30,230 bases of DNA from NCBI GenBank assembly GCA_050012475.1, contig JBEKHC010000065.1:1-30230 (forward strand), given 5' to 3'. The translations under genes were made by a program, and so were the position numbers. The DNA comes from Candidatus Velthaea sp. (GTDB lineage Bacteria > Vulcanimicrobiota > Vulcanimicrobiia > Vulcanimicrobiales > Vulcanimicrobiaceae). Positions 16,225-24,231 of the stretch are shown piece by piece (within the stretch, counting starts at the first letter, position 1; each line of letters begins with the position of its first letter). Under the pieces are notes generated by a model, which saw only the letters and a program-made list of their open reading frames with translations, did no database searches and was not told where the DNA came from.

Positions 16225-16473
16225 ATGGAGAGCGGAGAGAAGCGCGTCTCCTGGTCGGAGTATCTCGCGCTCGAAGGAATGCCGGACGACGATCGCCGGC
16301 TCGACTACTCGTTCGGTGTTGTCGTTGCCCAAGGGGCACCGTCCCAAGACCATGAGACGATCGTTGCATCGCGTGATGCCGGCGAACTCGTCGACTACGG
16401 CGCCGAGAGCCGGCGAACGGGCGGCGCTAACGGCGCCTTTCAATCCAAGAAAGGATCGCACGCGGATAGATGA
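16225..16473 (+). pseudogene. Truncated Uma2-family endonuclease (N-terminus only)
   Basis: VSWSEYLALE...RLDY..G.VVAQ.APS..HETI matches the Uma2 N-terminus; similarity ends near 16370 and no PD-(D/E)xK core follows. Confidence 0.55.
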
Positions 16474-16579
16474 GGACGGTGCCGTCGGGCAGCTTGAGCG
16501 CCGGCAGCTTTTCTGTTAATTGTGTCGCTCATCGTTCAGCGGTCCCAGTCATCGTTCGCGCTGAAGACGAAACGTGCAT
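16427..16579 (-). pseudogene. Remnant of a glutaredoxin/GST N-terminal-domain gene
   Basis: AGGAGG RBS, then MHVSSSARTMTGTAER*ATQLTEKLPALKLPDGTVLIYPRAILSWIERRR*; the second half resembles the thioredoxin-fold VP.L..DG..L..S.AI..WL motif; in-frame TGA at 16529-16531. Confidence 0.35.
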
Positions 16580-16604
16580 GATGGCCTCCTGGGTGTCAGG
16601 CATA

Positions 16605-17351
16605 TCACGGATGCAGGTTGAGCGACGCGAGCCCGGAGCTTGGATCGAATGGGACGGAATTGTGCTCGTGCGTTATTTTCCAGTCGCCGGCGAATTTTTC
16701 GTAATTGCTCGTCACGCGCCACCACATGTCGATCGTCGCGCCGGCGGTGGTGGCTCCTCGCACGTGATGGAGCGCATGGCTGAAGGCGATGGCTTTTTGA
16801 GCGCGGAGCGACAACTCCCGAACGTCGGCTCGCTTCGCGATCGCGACCCGGCCCGCAAACTGAAGTGAATTGACGATGTCGAAAACCACGGCGTCGTCCG
16901 AGAAGTGCTGGCTCGCCGAGGCGGCGTCTTTCGCGCGCGTGGCGCGAATCCGATCGTTCACGATCGATCGCAGATCGTTCTCGGCGGTGTCGCTCGGCAA
17001 AGACTTCTCGTCGACGAGCCCGACGACGTGCTCCTGCGGATCCTCGATGAGCGCGACGCGAACGCCGCCGTCCGGGGCTTGCGCGGGCGACCGCATGACC
17101 TTGCCGCCGAGGCGCACGACGTCGTGCACCGATTTTTCGAGATCGGCAACGCAAACAAAGAAGGTCACGTAACTGTGCAGATCGTCACGAACATCGCCGC
17201 CGACGCCGATCGGGATGCCGGGGCTTGCGTCATCAGCAAACGCGATGCGATACTGCATGTCGCCCAGTGCGTGCGGGCTGGGCGGATCGAATCGCCACGA
17301 AAATGCATCGCGATAAAACGCTTGCAACGCGCCGGCGTCGCCGCCGATGAC
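16605..17351 (-). pseudogene. VOC/glyoxalase + SnoaL-like (NTF2) fusion, 5'-truncated
   Basis: VIGGDAGALQAFY..AFSW, TFFVCVADL, LGG.V, EDPQEHVVGL, then DAVVFD...WKITHEHNSVPFD. Native start and VVHFE-type motif are missing. Confidence 0.7.
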
Positions 17352-17737
17352 CGCGGGGCGCGGCACTGCGGGACGCCGTTGTGGAGCTGGGGCGCTGGGG
17401 AGCACCCTTGCTCGAGTACGCGCCGTCGACAGATGCCTTTCGCATGAGCTGGATCTCGCTTGGGGTCGAGTCGTTTCTGCGTGATTCGCAGCCGGGCGGG
17501 CCGCGCACAGCGATTCAATTACGCATCGGCACCGAATTGGCCGTGGTCGAAACGGCGGGCGGCGCAGTGCGCTTCCGAAGCGGCGTCGATGCGATGCCGG
17601 ACGCGGTCCTCGAAGGGCCCGTTCACTTGGTATCGTCGGTACTTTTTGGGAGCAGAGCGCTGCGGACGGCGCAACGGCAGGGTCTCAAATTTCGCGGCAG
17701 CCATCAAGCCCTGCAGCGTCTGGTTCCGCGCACCTGA
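17351..17737 (+). pseudogene. C-terminal part of an HxlR-family regulator with SCP2-like tail (HTH missing)
   Basis: Frame reads PRGAALRDAVVELGRWGAPL...DAFR..W...PDAVLEG, i.e. the end of an HxlR wHTH; an in-frame TGA lies immediately upstream. Confidence 0.65.
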
Positions 17738-17790
17738 AGTCCAAAAGCAAAGTACGTCTCCGGACGACAGCGGGCAATGCGGCCCTGGGC

Positions 17791-19002
17791 TTAGCTCGCG
17801 GGCCCGCGGTTTGGCTCGCGGGCCATCAGCTTGGCGACGTCGCGCGCGATGGCGAACTCTTCGCGCGCGCGCACGACCGTGACGCGCACCGCCGATTGCG
17901 GTGCGGAGATCACGCGGTCGGCGTCGCTGCCGTCAGACGGCGCGTCAAGGGCGACGCCGAGAAAAGCAAGCTGCGCGCACACGCGGTCGCGTACGTAGGC
18001 GGAATTCTCGCCGACCCCGCCGGTAAAGGCGAGCGCATCGATCCCGCCGGTTGCCGCGGCCATCGACGCCACGGCCGCGCTGACGCGGCGCACGTACATC
18101 TCGAGCGCTAATTGCGCCGGCTCGGAGCCGTCCTTTGCTGCCGCGATGACGTCGCGCACGTCCTCGGAGCGCTGCGAAACGCCTTTGAGTCCCGAGTCGT
18201 GATTGAGAATCGCGTACAGTTGGTCGGCCGTGTACGCCTTCGTCGTGAGCAAGTGCAGCACCAAACCCGGATCGACGCTGCCCGAACGGGTGCCCATCAT
18301 GACGCCCTCGAGCGGCGTGAAGCCCATGGTGGTGTCGACGCTTTTCCCACCGGCGACCGCGGTGAGCGAACAGCCGTTGCCCAAATGCGTGGTCACCAAC
18401 CGCAATTGCGCCGGATCGCGCCCCAGCAGTTCCGCCGTGCGGCGCGCGCAATAGCGATGGCTGATGCCGTGAAAACCGTAACGTCGAATGCCGCGCGATG
18501 CGAACCACTCGTACGGCAACGCGTATGCCGCCGCTGCGGCGGACAGCGTAGTGTGAAACGCGGTGTCGAAGTCGACCGCTTGCGGTACGGCAGGAAACTC
18601 GGCGCTGACCGCATCGATGCCGGCCAGCGCTGCGCGGTTGTGCAGCGGCGCGAGTTCGGCCGCCGATTCGATGAGCGCGCGGACCCGCGCGTCGACGATC
18701 GTGCAGCGCGACTCGGTCAGTCCGTGCACGATGCGGTGACCGACGAAATCGGGTGCGATCCCGAACGTTTCGGCCGCCGAGTGCAGCAAGGCGGCGGCGG
18801 CGGCGCCGTGGTCGTCGACGTCGACGTCACTGGACCCGCTGCCCGCGGCCGTCTTCCATTGCAGCTTGGACGGCGTCCGCGCGGCGGTCCAGCGAACATC
18901 GCCCGACCAATCGGGGTCGGGCGAAAATTCAGCTCCGTTTTGGCCCTCGAAGTACGCGGCTTTGAAGCTGCTGGAGCCGGCGTTGAGGACGAAAACGTTC
19001 AC
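17791..19002 (-). CDS. ackA: Acetate/propionate kinase
   Basis: VLNAGSSS.K, GHRIVHG, APLHN, FDTAFH, RRYGFHGISH, HLGNGCS, TMGFTPLEG..MGTRSG, FTGGVGEN, EE motifs. Confidence 0.93.
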   Translation of the reverse strand: MNVFVLNAGSSSFKAAYFEGQNGAEFSPDPDWSGDVRWTAARTPSKLQWKTAAGSGSSDVDVDDHGAAAAALLHSAAETFGIAPDFVGHRIVHGLTESRCTIVDARVRALIESAAELAPLHNRAALAGIDAVSAEFPAVPQAVDFDTAFHTTLSAAAAAYALPYEWFASRGIRRYGFHGISHRYCARRTAELLGRDPAQLRLVTTHLGNGCSLTAVAGGKSVDTTMGFTPLEGVMMGTRSGSVDPGLVLHLLTTKAYTADQLYAILNHDSGLKGVSQRSEDVRDVIAAAKDGSEPAQLALEMYVRRVSAAVASMAAATGGIDALAFTGGVGENSAYVRDRVCAQLAFLGVALDAPSDGSDADRVISAPQSAVRVTVVRAREEFAIARDVAKLMAREPNRGPAS

Positions 19003-19006
19003 CTGG

Positions 19007-19522
19007 TTAGATCGAGGATTCCATGTTCCGCCGGGTCTCGGCCTTGGTTTCTTCGACCGCCACAAAGTCGGCTTCGATCGAATCGGCGATCATCGCGAGC
19101 AAATTGCGAGCGGTGTTTTGGGCGATCTTGTGTCCGACCACGGCATCGAATGCGGCGCCGACCGCGCCCAGCGGCGGTTCGTACGTGCCGCTGAGAACCA
19201 AGTAGAAGCTATTGTAATCGTCGGAGCTTTCGATCGCCAAATCGCCGCTGAACGTGGGATACGGTCCGGTGCGTTCGGGCGCCCACGTCACCGCGTAGTG
19301 CGGCATGATGTCACCCGGTTTATGGCGCGGTACGAGAGTGGCGATCGCCGTCCGTTCGAGCCGCATCGGCGCTTTCGATCCGGGAACCGGAACTTCAGCG
19401 CGCAAGCTCAACCGCGCGACCTCGCCATCGCTGTTGCCGCGCGCTTTGAAATAGCGGGCAAGATGGCGTGCGGCTTGATTGACGCTGCAGTGCACGAGCG
19501 TTCGTTCGGTGAGGATACTCAT
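19007..19522 (-). CDS. Hypothetical protein (W.P...P.F.G.L...G.Y.PP.G..G..FD...G..IA family), paralog A
   Basis: GGAG RBS before ATG 19522; ends 4 nt upstream of ackA; clear paralog at 24479-24946. Confidence 0.75.
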   Translation of the reverse strand: MSILTERTLVHCSVNQAARHLARYFKARGNSDGEVARLSLRAEVPVPGSKAPMRLERTAIATLVPRHKPGDIMPHYAVTWAPERTGPYPTFSGDLAIESSDDYNSFYLVLSGTYEPPLGAVGAAFDAVVGHKIAQNTARNLLAMIADSIEADFVAVEETKAETRRNMESSI

Positions 19523-19550
19523 GGATTTCTCCGTGGAAAGGCGGGCGCGA

Positions 19551-19630
19551 GCATTACGGCTTCGTCGGACTGGTTGCGAGCGGCCTGCGGACGGCGCATG
19601 CAACCCGAGCAACGACGAAGGCGCCAATGC
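19551..19630. other. Long interrupted intergenic hairpin
   Basis: Nested pairs GCATT/AATGC, CTTCGTCG/CGACGAAG, GGTTGC/GCAACC. Confidence 0.4.
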
Positions 19631-19665
19631 GAGGTGTTCGGCGAACGAACTCCGGCGAACTCCTT

Positions 19666-20394
19666 TTAGGCCACCGGCGCGATTGCGGGCAGCGTGACCG
19701 GCAAACCGTGGTCGCAGACGGTGCAGGTCGCGAACGGGGCGGTCGGACCCGGCAGGCGGATCGTGAAGAGCGCGCCGCCCGAGCCGCTCTCGGCGACGGC
19801 GATCGTGCCGCCGTGCGCGTGGACAAGGCTTTGACACACGGCCAAACCCAGGCCCTTCCCCGCAACCGACGCGCCGGCGGAGCCGCGCACGCCCCGCTCG
19901 AAAATCAAGCCGCGCTCGGCGGCCGGAATACCCGGCCCGCTGTCACTGATCTCAACGGCCAGAACTCCGGGCTCGCGGTGGCAATAGAGGGTCACCGTCC
20001 CCCCGCGCCCGGTATAGTTTATCGCGTTGAGCAACATGTTGGTGATGACTTGGCCGACCTGCACGGGATCGCAGGTGAAGACGGCACATTCGGGATGGGT
20101 GAGCGCGCATTGATCGACGTGCAGGCGAATTCCCGCATTGTGCGCCGTTGCTTCCAGGGCCAGCGCTTCGCGCGCGACGAGCGCGCACATGTCGACCAAT
20201 TCGAGCTTCGGGGCGGCCGCAGCAATGTCGGCGACCGGACGCAAGTCGTCGATGAGCACGTTGAGCTTGTGCAGCGCGTTCAGTACCGCTTCCAACCGTT
20301 GGGTCGTCGGCGCCAGCTTGCCGTCGATGAAGGCTTCGATGTTGGCCACCGAGATGGTCAGCTGATTGCGCATCTCGTGGATCGTCGAGCGCAT
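19666..20394 (-). CDS. Histidine kinase (DHp + HATPase) lacking an N-terminal sensor or TM region, Cys-rich
   Basis: H-box HEMRNQL at residue 6; N-box NMLLNAINY, G1 DSGPGI, F-box IFER, G2 GKGLGL; TGATG overlap with the response regulator. Confidence 0.88.
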   Translation of the reverse strand: MRSTIHEMRNQLTISVANIEAFIDGKLAPTTQRLEAVLNALHKLNVLIDDLRPVADIAAAAPKLELVDMCALVAREALALEATAHNAGIRLHVDQCALTHPECAVFTCDPVQVGQVITNMLLNAINYTGRGGTVTLYCHREPGVLAVEISDSGPGIPAAERGLIFERGVRGSAGASVAGKGLGLAVCQSLVHAHGGTIAVAESGSGGALFTIRLPGPTAPFATCTVCDHGLPVTLPAIAPVA

Positions 20395-21098
20395 CAGCCT
20401 TCCACGAACTTATAGCCTACGCCGAAGACGGTTACGATGTGCTTGGGGTGGGTGGGGTCGGATTCGAGTTTCTGGCGCACGTTGGCGATGTGCCGGTCGA
20501 GCGTCCGGTCGTAGATGTCGAGCTGATCGTCGGTCACGGCGTCGAGCAGCTGCGCCCGGGTAAAGGTACGGCCGGCATGGTCGATGAGCGTGCGCAGGAT
20601 GCGAAACTCGGTCGGGGTGACGTTGACCGGCCGCCCGGCTCGCCGGACTTCGTGGCCGACGCGATCGAACTCGATCTCGCCGAAGCGCTGTACGCCCGAA
20701 GCGGCCGAACGGCGACCGTTCGTCCGGCGCAGCACGGTTTTCACGCGCGCAACGACTTCGCGCGGGCTGAACGGCTTGCCGATGTAGTCGTCCGCGCCGA
20801 GCTCCAAGCCGACGACCCGGTCGATCTCGTCGACGCGCGACGTCACCATGATCACCGGCATGTCGGACTCGTCGCGGATCGCCCGGAAAACTTCGACCCC
20901 CGACATGGTGGGCAGCGAGAGATCGAGCAGGACCAGATCGGGCCGCTCGCGCTGCACGACGCGCAGCGCCTCATCGCCGTCGTGGGCGACGTGGACGTTA
21001 AAACCCTCGTCGCGCAGGTAGGTGCGCAAGATGTCGACGATTGCCGGTTCATCGTCGACGATCAGCACGCTCGACGGCGCTCGCGCCCCGTATACCAT
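20394..21098 (-). CDS. OmpR/PhoB-family response regulator
   Basis: LIVDDE, LLDL.LP, GLELGADDYIGKPF, TPTEFRIL, RTLDRHI.N.R.KL, TVFGVGYKF. Start uncertain by a few codons. Confidence 0.92.
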   Translation of the reverse strand: MVYGARAPSSVLIVDDEPAIVDILRTYLRDEGFNVHVAHDGDEALRVVQRERPDLVLLDLSLPTMSGVEVFRAIRDESDMPVIMVTSRVDEIDRVVGLELGADDYIGKPFSPREVVARVKTVLRRTNGRRSAASGVQRFGEIEFDRVGHEVRRAGRPVNVTPTEFRILRTLIDHAGRTFTRAQLLDAVTDDQLDIYDRTLDRHIANVRQKLESDPTHPKHIVTVFGVGYKFVEG

Positions 21099-21157
21099 GA
21101 ACGGTAGGTTCGACCTCGAAAGGAAGCCCCCCGCCGAAGGTGCGCCTAACTCACATG

Positions 21158-21907
21158 TTACGCGTGCTTCGCCGGGTCGCGAAACGCGAACCAAAATATG
21201 GTGCCGACGACCGCGAACGCGAACGCCAAGAGTCCCAGCATCGCCGTCCCGCTCAAGGCGAGACCGCCGGCACCGCAACGTTCGGCAACCGCGCTGAGCC
21301 AAGCGCGCGCGCTGGTGAGGGGATCGTTGCTCGCTGCGATGCTCGAGCGCGCGAAACCGATCAATTCGTCGACGGTCCAATCGTTGCCGTAGACGATGCG
21401 CGCGACTCGTCCGTCGGGTCCGAGGATGACGGCGGCTTCGGTGTGGATGATGACGCCCGGCGCCGTCGTCGACGTCGCGATGCCGAAGCGTTGGGCCAGC
21501 TCGTCGATCGACGCCGCCGAACCGGTCGCAAGCGTCCACCGTTTGGGATCCTGGCCGAACGCCCGGCCGTACCGCGCAAGGACGCGCGGCGTGTCGAAAT
21601 CGGGATCGAGCGTAAGGATGACGAGACGGATCGGAGCCGTGCCGATCGCACGTTGCGCTCGTGCGAATTTTGCGGACACCAGCGGACACATCCGCGCGTC
21701 GCCGCAGCGCGTGTAGATAAACGAAACGGCGACGGCTTTGCCGCGCAGTTCATCGAGCGAGAAGCTGCGGCCGTCCTGAGCGACGAGCGGAATCGCGGGA
21801 ACGGCGTCGCCCGGCTGCAGCAGCGGGATGAACCGCTGCGCAGCCCCTGCGCTGCCCGTCGCAATCGCGATGAGTGCGGCGAACAGCGCGAGGAGGCGAA
21901 CTACCAA
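21158..21907 (-). CDS. SCO/SenC-family copper chaperone
   Basis: QDGR.FSL, FIYTRCGDARMCP, TLDPDFDTP..L..Y, IIHT (His ligand); probable TTG start overlapping the cbaA stop. Confidence 0.85.
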   Translation of the reverse strand: MVVRLLALFAALIAIATGSAGAAQRFIPLLQPGDAVPAIPLVAQDGRSFSLDELRGKAVAVSFIYTRCGDARMCPLVSAKFARAQRAIGTAPIRLVILTLDPDFDTPRVLARYGRAFGQDPKRWTLATGSAASIDELAQRFGIATSTTAPGVIIHTEAAVILGPDGRVARIVYGNDWTVDELIGFARSSIAASNDPLTSARAWLSAVAERCGAGGLALSGTAMLGLLAFAFAVVGTIFWFAFRDPAKHA

Positions 21908-23577
21908 GTGCGCATGCCCGGTGCGAGGTAAGCGTGCAGCGAGAGTTGCTGCACGATCGGGCCGGCGTACGAGATCAGGGCCGCGACGATGGCAATGACT
22001 CCCCATTGCCCGATTTTATCGAGCGCCGCCGGTGTCGGACCGGCATTTTCGTCGACGGGTGCGAACGTGAATGTGGCCGGATCCGGATCCTTGACGTTCT
22101 TGAGGAACGTTCCCGTCGCGACGATGACGAACATGAGCACGCCCAGTGCGATGATGGTGCCGCCGATCGCCGCCCAGACCATGAAGGGATGCCATTGCGC
22201 GACCGCTGCCGCGCCGGCGTACGAGACGTCCGACGTCCGGCGCGGGGCGCCGAGCAGACCGGCCCAGTGCATAGCGACCGACATGACGGCCATGCCACCG
22301 AACCAAAGGTAGATCGATGCCAACGCCAGCTGCGGTGCGAAGAGCTTGCGCTTCGAGAGCGCCGGGATGAGCCGGTACGCCGCGCCGACGAAGGTCAGGG
22401 CGACCGGGCCGCCGACGGTGATGTGGAAGTGGCCGACGATCCACATCGTGTTGTGCACGAGAACGTCCATCGAATACGAGTTGTTGACGACGCCGCCGAA
22501 CCCGCCGAAGATGAACAGCAGCATGCCGCAGCCCGGGCCCGCGAAGGCCGGATCCTTCCACGGCAGCCAGCGCACGATGTTCAGGAAGCCGGTCTTCCCG
22601 GCCTTGCGTGCCGCGATCTCGAACGAGGCGAAAATCGCGAATGCCGTCAGGAACGACGGGATGACAACGCCGTAGGTGATGACGGTATGCATGAACTTCC
22701 AGCCGGACGAGATCCCGGGATCGAGATACTGGTGGTGCAGACCGACCGGGGTCGAAAGCAGCAGCAGCATGACGAACGCGACGCGCGTTAGCGAATCGCT
22801 GAAGATCGTGCCTTTATAGGTGGTCGGAACGAAGGCGTACCAGATCGTGTATGCGCCCATGATCCAGAAGTACACCAGCGGATGGCCGAAGTACCACAGC
22901 AGCATCCGGGTCAGCGTAACGTCGACGCCGGGCGTGATGCCCAGCGACCACGGGATGAGGATAAGCATCTCGGCCACGACGCCGAGCGTTGCGATCACCC
23001 ACATGACCATCGTCGTGGTGGCCATGAACGCCGGCAGTGGGATCCGAAGCGTGGGGTTCTGTTTCTTGAACCACATCACGTTCATTACCATGTCGGCGGC
23101 GATGAACCAGGTTCCGGCGATCAAGAACGTCGCTCCGAAGTAAAACAGCGGGCTCGCCTTGAGCGGCGCGTAGAACGTGTAAAGGACGCTGGCGCTCCCG
23201 TCCAAGATGGCGATCGTCGCCATCACGGTCCCCAGCAACATCACGTAATAGCCGATCCAGTTGATCGTCGTGGAGCGGACCCGGGGGATCGTCGAGTACG
23301 TGCAATACGTGAACAGTCCGGTGATGAAGAAGGTCGTGAAGACCAGCGCCATAAGCACGCCGTGTGCGGTGAGCATCCGATAGTAATCGAACCACGGCGG
23401 CATCACGATGAAGTTGGCGCGCGAAAAGCCCTGGAGCATGCCAAAAAGCGCGCCCAGGCCTAAGACGAGCGTGGCGGTATATACGTGGGCCAGGACGAGC
23501 TTATCGCCGTTTGCTTTTGATTGCTCGATTGTCAGCCCAGCTGGGGCACCCGCGCCCCGCGCGTGTGTCGTCGTCAT
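21901..23577 (-). CDS. cbaA: ba3-type (B-family) heme-copper oxidase subunit I
   Basis: LTAHGVLM, LYTFYAPL, WYFGHPLVYFW (His-Tyr crosslink), GLHHQ, HNTMWIVGHFH, GAPRR motifs. Confidence 0.93.
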   Translation of the reverse strand: MTTTHARGAGAPAGLTIEQSKANGDKLVLAHVYTATLVLGLGALFGMLQGFSRANFIVMPPWFDYYRMLTAHGVLMALVFTTFFITGLFTYCTYSTIPRVRSTTINWIGYYVMLLGTVMATIAILDGSASVLYTFYAPLKASPLFYFGATFLIAGTWFIAADMVMNVMWFKKQNPTLRIPLPAFMATTTMVMWVIATLGVVAEMLILIPWSLGITPGVDVTLTRMLLWYFGHPLVYFWIMGAYTIWYAFVPTTYKGTIFSDSLTRVAFVMLLLLSTPVGLHHQYLDPGISSGWKFMHTVITYGVVIPSFLTAFAIFASFEIAARKAGKTGFLNIVRWLPWKDPAFAGPGCGMLLFIFGGFGGVVNNSYSMDVLVHNTMWIVGHFHITVGGPVALTFVGAAYRLIPALSKRKLFAPQLALASIYLWFGGMAVMSVAMHWAGLLGAPRRTSDVSYAGAAAVAQWHPFMVWAAIGGTIIALGVLMFVIVATGTFLKNVKDPDPATFTFAPVDENAGPTPAALDKIGQWGVIAIVAALISYAGPIVQQLSLHAYLAPGMRTW

Positions 23578-24041
23578 TGCACCTCGACCTTGCTCGCCAT
23601 GAGCTGGTGTCCGGCACCGCAGTACTCGTTACAGATGAGCAAAAACGTGCCGGGCTTGTTGAACGTGTGCGACACCGAGCTGACCCAGCCCGGCGTGACC
23701 ATCGTGTTGACGCCGGTCTCCGGGATGCTGAAGCCGTGTTCGACGTCGCTGCTCGTAACGTAAAACGTTACCTTCGAGCCAACCGGGACCGTGATCGTAG
23801 CGGGGCTGAACGAAAAAATTTGGGCAACGTAATATGCTTCGTAGTTGCCGTCGGTGACTTTGCGCAGACCGGGATGGTCGAACGGCGGTGTCTGCGCGAC
23901 CTTCGTCGGATCGATCGTCTGCACGCGGCTCGGCGGGACGAAGCCGTCGACCACAGCTCCTGTCGCGATGACCGCGATGAAGAAGGCCAGCATTGCGAGA
24001 CCGGCCGTGAGCCAGAGGCGTTCGTATTTGTGAATGTGCAT
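23574..24041 (-). CDS. cbaB: ba3-type oxidase subunit II (CuA)
   Basis: MHIHKYERLW start, a single TM, DVEHGF and CNEYCGAGHQLM CuA motif; ATGA overlap with cbaA. Confidence 0.93.
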   Translation of the reverse strand: MHIHKYERLWLTAGLAMLAFFIAVIATGAVVDGFVPPSRVQTIDPTKVAQTPPFDHPGLRKVTDGNYEAYYVAQIFSFSPATITVPVGSKVTFYVTSSDVEHGFSIPETGVNTMVTPGWVSSVSHTFNKPGTFLLICNEYCGAGHQLMASKVEVQ

Positions 24042-24053
24042 TGCTTACCAGCC

Positions 24054-24170
24054 CTACCAGCGCGCTCGCAGCAGGAAGTACATGAGAATCCAACCGACGA
24101 GTATAAACCCGCCGATGGAAAACACAAAACCCAGCGTCGCCGGTAACGGTGCGTCCTCAATCGGTTTCAT
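24054..24170 (-). CDS. cbaD: ba3-type oxidase subunit IIa (38 aa; not in the ORF track)
   Basis: MKPIEDAPLPATLGFVFSIGGFILVGWILMYFLLRARW*, a single TM ending W..x.Y....R like Thermus subunit IIa; directly upstream of cbaB. Confidence 0.8.
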   Translation of the reverse strand: MKPIEDAPLPATLGFVFSIGGFILVGWILMYFLLRARW

Positions 24171-24176
24171 AAAGCA

Positions 24177-24185
24177 ATATTAGCA
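24177..24185 (-). promoter_or_regulatory. Extended -10 promoter candidate for a leaderless cba transcript
   Basis: Minus strand TGc-TAATAT-tgcttt-ATG; no SD sequence. Confidence 0.5.
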
Positions 24186-24202
24186 GAGGTTGACGCGCCG
24201 CG

Positions 24203-24231
24203 GGTGAAGGTCGCTTCTTTTCACCTTCACC
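24203..24231. promoter_or_regulatory. Inverted-repeat operator candidate upstream of the cba operon
   Basis: GGTGAAGGT-N11-ACCTTCACC, perfect 9-bp arms. Confidence 0.45.

Noticed and set aside
16378..16418. 10-bp direct repeat GCCGGCGAAC
   Set aside because: Two GC-rich copies only; could be chance and is not CRISPR-like.
16529..16531. In-frame TGA as selenocysteine
   Set aside because: It is not at a recognisable redox-motif position, no SECIS-like hairpin follows, and the neighbours are pseudogenes.
19703..19725. CTVCDH in the kinase tail as a heme c attachment site
   Set aside because: It is CxxCxH, not CxxCH, and the protein is cytoplasmic; kept only as a possible metal or redox site.
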